Part shown: one piece after another, positions 10,319 through 20,833 of the stretch | Numbering within the stretch: position 1 is the stretch's first letter | Layout: every line of letters starts with the position of its first letter | NCBI GenBank assembly: GCA_965261735.1 | Contig: OZ253470.1 | Coordinates: 4,512,001-4,576,000 of the forward strand | From: Alphaproteobacteria bacterium | GTDB lineage: Bacteria > Pseudomonadota > Alphaproteobacteria > SHVV01 | Direction of reading: 5' to 3' | DNA: 64,000 nt | Notes under the pieces: model-generated | Databases searched by the model: none | What the model saw: only the letters and a program-made list of their open reading frames with translations | What the model was told of the DNA's origin: nothing | Translations under genes and position numbers: made by a program

Positions 10319-10754
10319 TAGTAGTCCTCCCAGTCGTTACGTGCCGGCCCGAGGCCGGCGCGCTGTGCGGTGGCCGATCGATGGTCTGCGAGCCGCCGAG
10401 TTTCGGTAGTCACAGCCTCAACAGCGTTGCCAGACGTCGTACTGACGGTAGACCAAAGCTGAGCGTGTTCAACCGCGAACCGCACCTGCTAATTTTAGCA
10501 AAGGCGTTGCCGCGTAACGCTCGATCACGAGCGGGCAGTGCGTCGCGTGTTCTTCCTCAACTATCCGAGGCACACGCGGGACAACAACGCCGAGCGCGGT
10601 TTGACCTTATCATATCCGACATTCTCTATTTGAATCAAATTCGAAAGTCGCGGATACCACCGATCCACATGCGTCCCTAGCGCCGCGTACCGATGCTTCT
10701 CATGGAGCGGGCACCTGCTATGGTTGGCGGACACCGCTCCGTGGAGGTTCCGTT

Positions 10755-11645
10755 ATGTCGTTCGACGACATGCCCGACCTCGGGCCGATGCTGTTCCCGG
10801 CGGGCGAGGATTATGCGCGGCGCATACTCACCGCCTCGAAGATCATACAGCCGCGCTGCCGGACGATCCTCGACGTTCCCTACGGTGCGGACTATTGGCA
10901 GAAGGTGGACTTTTATTTGCCCGACGATGCCGCACTCACTGGGCTTCCGGTGCTGTGCTTCCTCCACGGCGGCAGTTGGCGGCACGGCTACAAGGAATGG
11001 ATGGGCTTTATGGCGCCGCCGATCCTCGCGCTGCCGGCGATCTTCGTGTCGGTGTCCTATCGCCTGGCGCCGAGCACGAAATTTCCCGCCATTTTGGAGG
11101 ACTGTATCGACGCGCTAGCGCTGGTTCACCGCGCGGCCACCGAATACGGCGGCGATCCCGACCGCGTGTTCTATGGCGGCCATTCGGCCGGCGGCCATCT
11201 CGCTGCCCTCGTGGCGTTGAGCCGCGACCGGTTGCGGGCGCGCGGTTTGCCCGACGACGCGATAAAGGGCTGTCTACCCGTCAGCGGCATCTTCGACCTG
11301 CGGATGCAGAGCGCCGTTCCCGGCGGCGTTACCGAGCTCGTTCACCCGCTCGTGTTTGCGGACCCCGAGGACAGCGAGTCATACAGCCCCGTCACCTGCG
11401 CCGATGGTAACTCCACCCCGTTCTTCGTAGCTTACGGCGAGGCGGACCTGCCGGAGGTAGTCAGCACCTCACGCGCGTTTATCGCCTGTCTCGATCACGC
11501 GCCATGCGTGATCGAACACCACATGTGGCCCGGCTCAAACCACTACGAGACAAGTGAAGACCTCGCCGACCCAGACAATGCGTGGGTGCGCAAACTCGGT
11601 GCGTGGATGATGGCGCCGCCGCGCCGGGGTGACGCCCACCCGTAA
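10755..11645 (+). CDS. Alpha/beta hydrolase (arylformamidase/HSL-like)
   Basis: HGGSW, YRLAP, GHSAGG nucleophile motif. Confidence 0.85.
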   Translation: MSFDDMPDLGPMLFPAGEDYARRILTASKIIQPRCRTILDVPYGADYWQKVDFYLPDDAALTGLPVLCFLHGGSWRHGYKEWMGFMAPPILALPAIFVSVSYRLAPSTKFPAILEDCIDALALVHRAATEYGGDPDRVFYGGHSAGGHLAALVALSRDRLRARGLPDDAIKGCLPVSGIFDLRMQSAVPGGVTELVHPLVFADPEDSESYSPVTCADGNSTPFFVAYGEADLPEVVSTSRAFIACLDHAPCVIEHHMWPGSNHYETSEDLADPDNAWVRKLGAWMMAPPRRGDAHP

Positions 11646-11808
11646 CGCGTGCGTTCAGTAACCGCGCCCCAGGCATCTCTCGCGCGGGCCCTCTCCGCAA
11701 AAGAGGCGGGCGAACCAACCGTGGCGAAACGCGTGTGGCATGTCCTCGTGAGCGGCTTGGGACGCCAACGTTGCGCCGCCACCCACCGCAATAGAACGAG
11801 CGGTGCGC

Positions 11809-12204
11809 CTAAGGAACGTGGGCCTTGGCTTCGATCTCGATCAGCATGTCGGGGTGCAATAGCTCACCCTGGTAGCCGCTTTCGATGAATCCGCGCTTGG
11901 GAAGGTATTCGCGCACCATCGCATCGACGACGCCGAAGTCTTCGCGCCGCTTGATGAAAAAGCGGATGTCGAAGATGTCGTCGAGCGAGCAGCCCGCGGC
12001 TTTGCACACTTTGCTAATGTTCTCGAAGGTGAGGCGGGTCTGCTCCTCGATGGTCGGCGCAAGCTTGCGCTCCGCCATGGAGCCGGAAACGTTGGTCAGC
12101 GCAGAGGTTCCAGAAATATGGAGGGTGTTTCCAATCTTTACCGCGCGGTCGAAATGGCCGACTGGCTCGGCCAGGGTTGTCGGATTGATGACGATCTTCT
12201 CCAT
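11809..12204 (-). CDS. RidA/YjgF family protein
   Basis: LHISGT, EEQTRLTFENI, LLHPDMLIEIEAKA. Confidence 0.85.
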   Translation of the reverse strand: MEKIVINPTTLAEPVGHFDRAVKIGNTLHISGTSALTNVSGSMAERKLAPTIEEQTRLTFENISKVCKAAGCSLDDIFDIRFFIKRREDFGVVDAMVREYLPKRGFIESGYQGELLHPDMLIEIEAKAHVP

Positions 12205-12289
12205 CGGATGTCCTCCTCTCGTAAAGCATCGACACTATACAAGCGTGCCGCCGCACGAACCCAATCGGCAACGACAGGTCTCACCCAAC

Positions 12290-13444
12290 CTAGTGGATTG
12301 ATCGGAACGAAAGAGTCCGATTTGAGATTCCGTATTGTGCGGTGTCATGCGAGTCTGTGCTATGCGCACCGGCATCCATTTTACTGTCACGTCTGGCGAC
12401 CGTCAGCGATTGCAAGCTATCGTCGCGGACCCGAAGAGCTCGCAGAAACATGTCTGGCGGGCGCGGATCATCCTGAAGAGCGACGAGGGGCTCGGGAACT
12501 CGTCGATCATGGCCGAGACCGGCAAGTCCAAGACCTGTGTCTGGCGCTGGCAGGAGCGGTTCATGCACGAGGGTGTCAACGGCTTGCTTCGCGATAGGTC
12601 CCGTCCGCCTGGCAAAGCGCCGATCCCGCCGGAGCGCGTCGCCGAGATCGTCCGCCTGACCCAGCAAGCGCCGCCGCACGAGGCGACCCACTGGACGCTG
12701 CGCGCGATGGCGAAGGTTGCTGGCGTCGCGGCGTCGACGGTCCAAGCGATCTGGAAGGCCCATGGCCTCAGCCCGCACCGCTGGCGGCACTTCAAGCTCT
12801 CCAATGATCCCGCCTTCGCCGAGAAGCTCACAGATATCGTCGGCTTGTATGTCGATCCGCCGGCCCATGCCGTGGTGCTGTCGGTTGATGAGAAATCACA
12901 GATCCAGGCGCTCGACCGCACCCAACCCGGCTTGCCGATGAAGAAGGGCCGCGCCGGTACGATGACCTATGATTACAAACGGCATGGCACGACGACGCTG
13001 TTCGCCGCGCTCAACGTGCTGGACGGTACGGTCATCGCACAGAACATGCAGCGCCACCGCCATCAGGAGTTCATCCGCTTCCTCAACCGCATCGAGCGCG
13101 AGGTGCCGACGGACAAGGCCGTCCACGTCATCCTCGACAACTACGCCGCGCACAAGAAGGACAAGGTCCGCGCCTGGCTCGCCCGCCATCCACGCTGGAC
13201 CTTCCACTTCACGCCAACCTCGTGCTCGTGGCTCAATGCCGTCGAGGGCTTCTTCGCCAAACTAACGCGGCGCAGGCTCAAATACGGCGTCTTCCAATCC
13301 GTCGTCGACCTTCAGGACGCCATCAACCGATTTGTCCGCGAATACAATGACGCAAACCCAAAACCCTTCATCTGGAAAGCCGACCCCGATCATATCATCG
13401 CCGCACGAAACAGAGGGTTCCAAACGTTGGAATCAATCCACTAG
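12290..13444 (+). mobile_element. IS630-family insertion sequence
   Basis: Inverted ends CTAGTGGATTGAT / ATCAATCCACTAG, inserted at a (C)TA(G) site. Confidence 0.92.
12362..13444 (+). CDS. IS630 transposase
   Basis: VDEKSQIQAL, YKRHGTTTLFAAL, ILDNYAAHK, TPTSCSWLNAVE. Confidence 0.95.
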   Translation: MRTGIHFTVTSGDRQRLQAIVADPKSSQKHVWRARIILKSDEGLGNSSIMAETGKSKTCVWRWQERFMHEGVNGLLRDRSRPPGKAPIPPERVAEIVRLTQQAPPHEATHWTLRAMAKVAGVAASTVQAIWKAHGLSPHRWRHFKLSNDPAFAEKLTDIVGLYVDPPAHAVVLSVDEKSQIQALDRTQPGLPMKKGRAGTMTYDYKRHGTTTLFAALNVLDGTVIAQNMQRHRHQEFIRFLNRIEREVPTDKAVHVILDNYAAHKKDKVRAWLARHPRWTFHFTPTSCSWLNAVEGFFAKLTRRRLKYGVFQSVVDLQDAINRFVREYNDANPKPFIWKADPDHIIAARNRGFQTLESIH

Positions 13445-13772
13445 CACGTTGCCACACGGACCCACTACGACACCCTGGAAGCAACCGACGCGTAAGCATG
13501 GCGCCATTGAAGCACGCTCAGAAGGTGTGGCGTCACACCAAGCAGCACGATCACGTTTGCGGACCCCTTCGAAATCGGCCGCCAATTCGTACGATGAGGG
13601 CGAGCTACTCCAACAGACTCAGCGCACTTCGCCACGTCCGCTAGTGGCTAGGAGGCGAAGTTCGCACCAGGTCGCCTGTACGACCGCTCTACCCCCGAAA
13701 GCCGACTTTCAGCGGCAACGTCCGCGTTGCCCCCGGGTTTCGTCTGCTTCACCTGAGAGAGCAGGCCGTCCT

Positions 13773-15206
13773 GGTCGTGTCCCAGGACGTGGTGTAGGAG
13801 TTGTTGGAGCCTCTGTTAGCTGTGGGTAGGCGGCTTGCCGTAGCGACCGCCGAGAGTCTGGCGTAGGCAAGCCGGCTATCCACAGCGGAGGCCATCGCGG
13901 TTCCGGTTTAGGGTTGGGCTAGTGCAAACCAACCTGACCCGAAGGAGAACCACGATGACCCAGGACATGATGACCCTGCGCGCGCTTTTGGAGAAGAGCT
14001 CCGATGCCGATCTGCTTTGCGAGATGATCGGCTTCACGGCCGAGTGGCTGATGGCACTGGAGGTTGAGGGCCTGACCGGCGCCGGGCACGGCGAGCGCTC
14101 GGCGGATCGTATCACCCATCGCAACGGCTACCGCGACCGGTCCTGGGAGACGCGGGCCGGCACGGTCGAGCTGAAGATCCCGAAGCTGAGGAAGGGAAGC
14201 TACTTCCCGGGCTTCCTGGAGCCGCGGCGGATGGCCGAGAAGGCGCTGGCTGCGGTGATCCAGGAGGCCTACATCCAGGGGGTGTCGACCCGCTCGGTCG
14301 ACGATCTGGTTCAGGCGATGGGGATGTCGGGCGCCTCCAAGAGCCAGGTCTCCAGGCTGTGCGGCGAGATCGACGATAAGGTCACCGGCTTCCTCGATCG
14401 ACCGCTGGAGGGCGACTGGCCCTATCTGTGGCTCGACGCCACCTACGTGAAGGTGCGCCAGACCGGACGCATCGTCTCGGTCGCGGTGACCGTGGCTGTG
14501 GCCGTCAACGACCAAGGCCGCCGCGAGGTCCTGGGCGTGGCGATCGGCGCGTCGGAGGCCGAGACCTTCTGGACCGAGTTCCTGCGCTCGCTGGCCCGGC
14601 GCGGGCTGCGCGGCGTGAAGCTGGTGATCTCCGACGACCACAAGGGCCTGAAGGCCGCCGCGACCCGGATCCTCGGCGCCACATGGCAGCGCTGCCGCGT
14701 GCACTTCGCCCGCAACCTGCTGGCCCATGCCGGCCGCCAGGGCCGGCGCGTCGTCTCCGCCTTCGCCCAGGAGGACGCCGACAGCGCGAAGGTCCAGTGG
14801 CGCCAGGTCGCCGACCAGCTCAGGCCCAAGGTGCCCAAGCTGGCAGTTCTCATGGACGAAGCCGAGCACGACGTCCTCGCCTACATGAGCTTCCCCAGGG
14901 AGCACCGCCAGAAATTGCACTCCACAAACCCGATCGAACGGCTCCATGCCGAGGTCAAGCGTCGCACCAACGTCGTCGGTATCTTTCCCAACGAAGCCGC
15001 CATCACACGGCTCGTCGGCGCCATCCTTCTCGAGCAGAACGACGAGTGGGCCGTCTCAAGGAGATACATGACGCTGGAATCCATCGCTCCGCTGAGCGAT
15101 GGTGTCCCCATCACGCTGCCCACCGTGGCAGCCTGAACGTCCCGGCCCTACCCGCCGGGAGCCGCGTAGAGCGCAACGCTCTTACACCACTCCGCGGGAC
15201 ACGATC
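13773..15206 (+). mobile_element. IS256-family element, copy 1, with 8-bp target duplication GCCGTCCT
   Basis: Ends GGTCGTGTCCC / GGGACACGATC; GCCGTCCT at 13765-13772 and 15207-15214. Confidence 0.95.
13955..15136 (+). CDS. IS256 transposase (variant with 5-aa deletion)
   Basis: [36 protein letters not shown]. Confidence 0.93.
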   Translation: MTQDMMTLRALLEKSSDADLLCEMIGFTAEWLMALEVEGLTGAGHGERSADRITHRNGYRDRSWETRAGTVELKIPKLRKGSYFPGFLEPRRMAEKALAAVIQEAYIQGVSTRSVDDLVQAMGMSGASKSQVSRLCGEIDDKVTGFLDRPLEGDWPYLWLDATYVKVRQTGRIVSVAVTVAVAVNDQGRREVLGVAIGASEAETFWTEFLRSLARRGLRGVKLVISDDHKGLKAAATRILGATWQRCRVHFARNLLAHAGRQGRRVVSAFAQEDADSAKVQWRQVADQLRPKVPKLAVLMDEAEHDVLAYMSFPREHRQKLHSTNPIERLHAEVKRRTNVVGIFPNEAAITRLVGAILLEQNDEWAVSRRYMTLESIAPLSDGVPITLPTVAA

Positions 15207-15421
15207 GCCGTCCTGTCGATCCAGCCGTTCGTCTGGTCCTGACCCAGAGCTGACGTCGACGAATCCGGCCTCGGCGAGGACCGCCGTGTCAAGCAAGGAG
15301 CGCCGGCACCGAGCAACGGTTAAGACCGCACCAACGTCGATGCTCGGGCGCTATGATTGCACCGGCCGGTCGGCTATGATTGGGCCAACAAGAGCCGCTA
15401 GAAAAACCGGCGAGGGAGGGG

Positions 15422-16123
15422 ATGCACGACATCGCCATTCGGCAGGAGATCATCGACCGGGTGATCGCCAAGCGCAGTCGGCTGCACCTCTTCGACAGTC
15501 TCGATCCCGCCAAGACCGCATTCGTTGTGGTCGACATGCAGAACGCATTCTGCGAGCCGGGAGCGCCCGTCGAGGTGCCGCCCTCGCGCGCGATCGTGGC
15601 CGACATAAACCAGCTTGCCGGAGAGGTTCGGGAAACGGGTGGCGTGGTTATATGGGTTGTCGCGGTGGTCAGGGACCGTGCCGGCATGGAGAATTGGGGG
15701 AGCTATTTCCGGGTGGTTCTCGGCGAACCCGAGAAAATAGATGGCTTCCTCGACTATGTCGGGCCGGGCGGACACGGGACCAAGCTGTGGCGCGAGCTCG
15801 AGGTCAAACCCGACGACCTCATCATCAACAAAACCCGCTACAGCGCGCTTGCGCCGGGCACATCGGACCTGCTGCGCGCGCTGCGCCTGCGCCGCATCGA
15901 CAATCTCCTGATCGGCGGCACCAAGACCAACGTGTGCTGCGAATCGACCGGCCGCGACGCCCACGAACTCGACTTCAACGTCGCCATGGTCTCGGACTGC
16001 CTCGCGGCCCTCACCGACGAGGAGCATCGGGCGACGCTCGAGACCTTCATCCAGCAGTTCGGCGACGTCGTCACCAGCGACGAGGTCATCACCGCTCTGC
16101 ACAACCATCCCAATGAACCGTGA
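15422..16123 (+). CDS. Cysteine hydrolase (isochorismatase/RutB-like)
   Basis: VVVDMQNAF, KTRYSA, GTKTNVCCESTGRDA. Confidence 0.88.
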   Translation: MHDIAIRQEIIDRVIAKRSRLHLFDSLDPAKTAFVVVDMQNAFCEPGAPVEVPPSRAIVADINQLAGEVRETGGVVIWVVAVVRDRAGMENWGSYFRVVLGEPEKIDGFLDYVGPGGHGTKLWRELEVKPDDLIINKTRYSALAPGTSDLLRALRLRRIDNLLIGGTKTNVCCESTGRDAHELDFNVAMVSDCLAALTDEEHRATLETFIQQFGDVVTSDEVITALHNHPNEP

Positions 16124-16135
16124 GAAGGACCGACC

Positions 16136-17083
16136 ATGAAACGTTTGTTTGCCGCCCTCATTGCCCTCTTACTGGTCGCCCCCATCGCCGCTGAGAGCAA
16201 GATCAGGGTCGCGATGCTGCTGCCGGGCTCGATCTCGGACCAGTCTTACAACGCCGCCGCCTATGAAGGCATTCAGCTCGCCGCCAAGAAGTACGATCTC
16301 GAATTCCAGATCAGCGAAAGCATCCCCTTCGCCGGCATCGAGGAAGCGATGCTGAACTATGCGCGCGAGGGCTATGACGTCATCTATGGCCACGGCTTCC
16401 AGTTCGCCGAACCTGCCTTCAAGCTGCACAAGCAGTTTCCCAAATCCTGGTTCGTGGTGCACGGCATCGACGACGGCGCGCCACCGAATCTGGTTTCGAT
16501 TCAGAATCGCTATGGCGAACTCGGCTACGTGGCCGGCGTGCTCGCCGGGGCGACCACCAAGACCGGCGTGATCAGCAACGTCTCGAGTATGGTCGTGCCG
16601 ATTATCGAAAAGCTCAACCAGGGCTTCGCTGACGGTGCCAAGAGCGTGCGCCCTGACGTTAAGGTGCTCACGGGCGTCGTCGGCTCGTGGTCGGACGCGG
16701 CGAAGGCCAAGGAAATCACCGCCACCCACATCGAAAGCGGCGCCGACGTGATTTTTGCGATCGGAAACGAAAGCGCCGTTGGCAACTATCAGGCAGCAAA
16801 AGAGGCGGGAAAGATGGCGATCGCCTCTTCGTTCGATTCGGCATCGGTCGCGCCAGACACGATCATGACGACCGCGCTCATCAAGATCCAGACGAACCTC
16901 GACCTCATCCTTGGAAAGATCGTCGACGGTACGATCGAGGCCAAGAATTACTCGCTCGGATTTGCCGAGGACACACTCGGACTGGCGCCCTATCGGCGCT
17001 TCGATTCGAAATTGTCGGCCGAAGTCAAACAGAAGGTGGCGAACGCCATCGCAGACATAAAGTCCGGTAAGATCAAGCGCTAG
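16136..17083 (+). CDS. BMP/PnrA-family ABC substrate-binding protein (nucleoside/purine-type)
   Basis: LLPGSISDQSYNAAAYEG, GHGFQF, GSWSDAAKAKE. Confidence 0.88.
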   Translation: MKRLFAALIALLLVAPIAAESKIRVAMLLPGSISDQSYNAAAYEGIQLAAKKYDLEFQISESIPFAGIEEAMLNYAREGYDVIYGHGFQFAEPAFKLHKQFPKSWFVVHGIDDGAPPNLVSIQNRYGELGYVAGVLAGATTKTGVISNVSSMVVPIIEKLNQGFADGAKSVRPDVKVLTGVVGSWSDAAKAKEITATHIESGADVIFAIGNESAVGNYQAAKEAGKMAIASSFDSASVAPDTIMTTALIKIQTNLDLILGKIVDGTIEAKNYSLGFAEDTLGLAPYRRFDSKLSAEVKQKVANAIADIKSGKIKR

Positions 17084-17238
17084 CGGCGCGTTCCGCTGTC
17101 GACATCGCAAGGCTCTTGGGCTGACTGCGGGCCCTGAGCCTTGTGATGCGGGTCGGATTCCAGGACGGATCGAATGTGGTCCGGGCTCGTGCCGGACGGC
17201 AGAACGCCGGGGCGAAGCGTAGCGGGGAGGAGGGCCAG

Positions 17239-18762
17239 GTGGACGCCGCTTCGGAGGCGATACTCGAACTCCGCGATATCACGAAGAGCTACCCCGGCGT
17301 CCTGGCGAACGACCGCGTCAACCTGTCGCTCCGCCGCGGACAAGTCCTCGGCATTCTCGGCGAGAACGGCGCCGGTAAATCGACACTGATGAACGTCGTG
17401 TCGGGGCTGATCGCCCCCGACTCCGGCGAGATATCGGTCGAAGGCGAGCGCGTCGCATTCAAATCACCGCGCGATGCCCTCGATCGCGGTATCGGCATGG
17501 TGCATCAGCACTTCATGCTGGTCGGCACGTTGAGCGTCATCGAGAACATCGTCCTCGGCGACAACCGTATTGGCGCCGGGCGGATCTCGCTCGAGGGGCC
17601 GGCGGCCGAGGTCAAGGAGCTTGGCGAGCGCATCGGCCTGCCGGTCGAGCCGCACGCCGAGGTGGGCGCCCTCGATATCGGCGGCCAGCAGCGCGTCGAG
17701 ATACTGAAGGCCCTCTATCGGGACGCGCGAATTCTCATCCTCGACGAGCCGACATCAGTGCTCTCGCGCGTCGACAGCACCGGCCTGTTTCAGATGATCA
17801 GGTCGCTCGCCGGTGAGGGCGTTTCGGTGATCCTCATCAGCCACAAGCTCGACGACATCTTCGCCGCCTGCGATCATGTGGTCGCTATGCGGCAGGGTCG
17901 AGTCGTCGGCGAAACGGCAGTATCCGACACCTCCCACGAAGCGTTGATTCGAATGATGGTCGGCGAGGATCTCGAGGCGCCGCGACGGGACGAGGGATTG
18001 ACCGCCGGAGAGGCTCTCGTCGAGGTTCGCGACGTCACGCTCGACCGCGACAACGGCTCGCTCGCCATCGCCGACGTTTCCTTCGACCTCCGCGCCGGCG
18101 AGATCCTCGGCCTGGCCGGCGTGGAAGGCAACGGGCAAAGGGAGCTGGTCGAGGCGCTCTGCGGCCTCCGGCAGCCGCGGGCCGGGCGCATCATTCACAG
18201 CGAGGCGAAAAAACATGGCGTGAATTCCGTACGCGGCCTGCGCGAGCGCGGCCTGCGCCACGTGCCGGAGAATCGCCATGAGACGGGAATCGTCGCCGGT
18301 CTGTCGCTCGCCGAAAACGTCATGCTGTCGCACTTTTTCGCGGCTCCCTTTAGCCGCTTCGGATGGCTCGACCGAAACGCCGCGCGTGACCGCACGAGGG
18401 AGCTGATCGAGACGTTCGACATTAAGGCCCGCGGCCCCGGTGCACCGATCGAAACACTGTCGGGCGGTAACCAGCAGAAGCTCGTTCTCGCCCGTGAGCT
18501 CGACTGCAACCCTTCGGTGCTGATTGCCGCGCACCCGACCCGCGGCCTCGACGTACGCACGATCGTGTTCGTGCACAATCTGCTTCTCGAGCGCCGCCGC
18601 GCGGGAATGGCGATCCTGCTCGTCTCCTCCGACCTCGCCGAGATCTGGCAGTTGGCCGATCGTGTCATGGTTGCGGCGGGCGGAAGCGTGCGCGGCCCGG
18701 TCGCTGTCGCAGACACGGACGTCCAGCAGGTCGGCACATGGATGGCGGCCGCCCGGCGTTGA
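17239..18762 (+). CDS. Nucleoside/sugar ABC ATP-binding protein (two domains)
   Basis: GENGAGKST, GMVHQHFMLV, LSGGNQQK, HPTRGLD; GGAGGAGG RBS before GTG 17239. Confidence 0.9.
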   Translation: MDAASEAILELRDITKSYPGVLANDRVNLSLRRGQVLGILGENGAGKSTLMNVVSGLIAPDSGEISVEGERVAFKSPRDALDRGIGMVHQHFMLVGTLSVIENIVLGDNRIGAGRISLEGPAAEVKELGERIGLPVEPHAEVGALDIGGQQRVEILKALYRDARILILDEPTSVLSRVDSTGLFQMIRSLAGEGVSVILISHKLDDIFAACDHVVAMRQGRVVGETAVSDTSHEALIRMMVGEDLEAPRRDEGLTAGEALVEVRDVTLDRDNGSLAIADVSFDLRAGEILGLAGVEGNGQRELVEALCGLRQPRAGRIIHSEAKKHGVNSVRGLRERGLRHVPENRHETGIVAGLSLAENVMLSHFFAAPFSRFGWLDRNAARDRTRELIETFDIKARGPGAPIETLSGGNQQKLVLARELDCNPSVLIAAHPTRGLDVRTIVFVHNLLLERRRAGMAILLVSSDLAEIWQLADRVMVAAGGSVRGPVAVADTDVQQVGTWMAAARR

Positions 18763-19793
18763 TCCTGGGTTCGCTCAATCTGCGCGCCCTGGGCGAATAT
18801 GCCTCCGTCCTCGTCATCGCGTTCGCGGCCGCTGCACTCGTCATCCTCAGTGCGGGAAAGAACCCGATCGATGCCTTCGTCGTGCTCGTTTCGCACGCGC
18901 TCGGCACATCCTTCGGATTCCACGAGGTCGTGGTGCGGGCGATCCCACTTACCCTCGCGGGCCTCGGCGTTGCCATCGCGTTCCGCGCCAACGTCTGGAA
19001 CATCGGCGCCGACGGCCAGATCATCATCGGCGCCGTTAGCGGCATGTGGTTCGTGCACGCGTTTCCTGGCACGCCGTCCTGGTTGATCGGCCCCCTGTAT
19101 CTGCTTGCCGCCATCATCGGCGGCGGCGCCTACGGCGGTCTCGCGGGCTACCTGAGGGCCAAGTACAACGCGAGCGAGATCATCGTCACCATCATGCTGA
19201 ACTACATTGCGCTCCACCTCCTGGGGTGGGTCATTCGCGGCCCCTTACAGGAGTCCGGGGACATCTTTCCGCGATCGGCCCGAATTCCGGAAGCGGCCAT
19301 GCTCGATGCACTCGCCTCGGGGAGCCGGGTTCACATGGGGCTCTTCATCGCCGCCGGAGCGACCGTTCTGGTCTTCGTCCTGCTTCGCTATTCATCCTTC
19401 GGCTACCAGGTCCGAGTGGTCGGGGCCAGCCCTGCGGCCGCTCGATATGGCGGCATCAATGACCGCATGATCATCCTGCTGACGATGGCGCTAAGCGGCG
19501 GGCTCGCGGGCCTTGCTGGCGCCGGTGAAATTGCGGCGCTACATCATCGCCTGATGGATGATTTCGCCCCCGGCTTCGGCATCGCTGCGATCGCCATCGC
19601 CCTTATGGCGCGCCTCCAGCCGCTGGCGATTCCGTTCACCGCCCTCCTGTTCGGCATCCTGCACGTAGGCTCCGGGGCGCTGCAGCGCAAGCTCGGCATT
19701 CCCTTTCCCATCGTGTGGATCATCGAAGGGATCGTGATTGTCACGTTTCTTCTAGCCGGCTACCTTCGTAGCCGCCACCAGACGGCGAGGTAA
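18738..19793 (+). CDS. Nucleoside ABC permease
   Basis: AFRANVWNIGADGQ, EIIVTIMLNY. Confidence 0.88.
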   Translation: MDGGRPALILGSLNLRALGEYASVLVIAFAAAALVILSAGKNPIDAFVVLVSHALGTSFGFHEVVVRAIPLTLAGLGVAIAFRANVWNIGADGQIIIGAVSGMWFVHAFPGTPSWLIGPLYLLAAIIGGGAYGGLAGYLRAKYNASEIIVTIMLNYIALHLLGWVIRGPLQESGDIFPRSARIPEAAMLDALASGSRVHMGLFIAAGATVLVFVLLRYSSFGYQVRVVGASPAAARYGGINDRMIILLTMALSGGLAGLAGAGEIAALHHRLMDDFAPGFGIAAIAIALMARLQPLAIPFTALLFGILHVGSGALQRKLGIPFPIVWIIEGIVIVTFLLAGYLRSRHQTAR

Positions 19794-19796
19794 GCC

Positions 19797-20744
19797 GTGG
19801 AAACCATAGCGGTCGTCGGGCTGCTCGCGGCGACCCTCCGCTTCGCCACACCGATCCTGCTCGCGGCGCTCGGCGAGGCGGTCTCCCAGCGCTCCGGAAT
19901 CCTCAATGTGGGCGTCGAGGGCATGATGCTGGCTGGCGCCTTCTTCGGCGCCTGGGCGGCCGTGGCGACCGGCTCTCCATGGGGCGGGCTCGCTGCCGCC
20001 ATTCTTGCAGGCACGGCGCTGGCGCTCGTCCACGCCGTGCTGTCGATCACGTTCCGGGTCGATCAGATCGTCTCGGGCATCGCAATCATCGTGCTCGGCT
20101 TCGGTTTCTCGAGCTATGGTTATCGCATCACGGTGGGCCAGGCGTTTCCGTCGCCGAGTATCCCGCTGTTCACGCGCATTGATTTCGGTCTTCTGGGAGA
20201 CATCCCTTTTGTCGGACGCGTTTTTTTCAGCCATCACCTGCTGGTCTACGCCACGTTCGCGATGGTGCTCGTCGTCGCGTGGTTTCTTTACCGCACGACA
20301 TGGGGCCTCGAGGTCCGTGCCATTGGCGAAAACCCGGCCGCAGCCGAAGCCGTGGGTATCAGCGTACAGAGAGTGCGCTTTGGGGCGTGCCTCTTCAGTG
20401 GCGCCATGGCCGGCGCCGCCGGCGCGTACTTGGTCCTCGCCCACGTCGGATTCTTCGTGGAGAACATGGTATCGGGGCGCGGCTTCATCGCCGTCGTTTG
20501 CGTCGTGTTCGGCCGCTGGACACCGCTCGGCGTCCTGTTCGCGGCACTCCTGTTCGGCTTTGCCGATGCGCTGCAGATCCGCCTGCAAGCGCTCTATCAG
20601 GATGTCCCACACCAGTTCTTCATCATCCTGCCCCACGTCCTGGCGATCGCGTCGCTCGTCGTATTCGCCGGGCGCTCGCGATTCCCGAGCGCGCTTGCTA
20701 TCCCCTTCTATGGCAGTGGCGCGAGCCGCGGCGCCGACGACTAG
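19797..20744 (+). CDS. Nucleoside ABC permease
   Basis: SQRSGILNVGVEGMML, GENPAAA, GRGFIA..FGRW. Confidence 0.88.
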   Translation: METIAVVGLLAATLRFATPILLAALGEAVSQRSGILNVGVEGMMLAGAFFGAWAAVATGSPWGGLAAAILAGTALALVHAVLSITFRVDQIVSGIAIIVLGFGFSSYGYRITVGQAFPSPSIPLFTRIDFGLLGDIPFVGRVFFSHHLLVYATFAMVLVVAWFLYRTTWGLEVRAIGENPAAAEAVGISVQRVRFGACLFSGAMAGAAGAYLVLAHVGFFVENMVSGRGFIAVVCVVFGRWTPLGVLFAALLFGFADALQIRLQALYQDVPHQFFIILPHVLAIASLVVFAGRSRFPSALAIPFYGSGASRGADD

Positions 20745-20833
20745 ATGTCTGCCCTGACTTCACGAAATCATCGTGTCTGCTATTTTTGCCGCGTGGACCG
20801 GCATATGCCGGGGGCGTTTGGAGGAGTGGCCTG

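Larger units (their letters stand above)
13635..15255 (+). repeat. Copy B of ~180-bp multi-palindrome element (complete; 13635-13772 plus 15215-15255), interrupted by IS256
   Basis: Removing IS256 and one TSD copy restores the five-module layout from GTCCGCTAGTGGCTAGGAGGCGAAG to GTCTGGTCCTGACCCAGAGCTGAC. Confidence 0.8.

Noticed and set aside
20279-20833. 185-aa N-terminal extension of hydantoinase A in the ORF track
   Set aside because: Overlaps the permease in another frame; RBS and family motif place the start at 20834.
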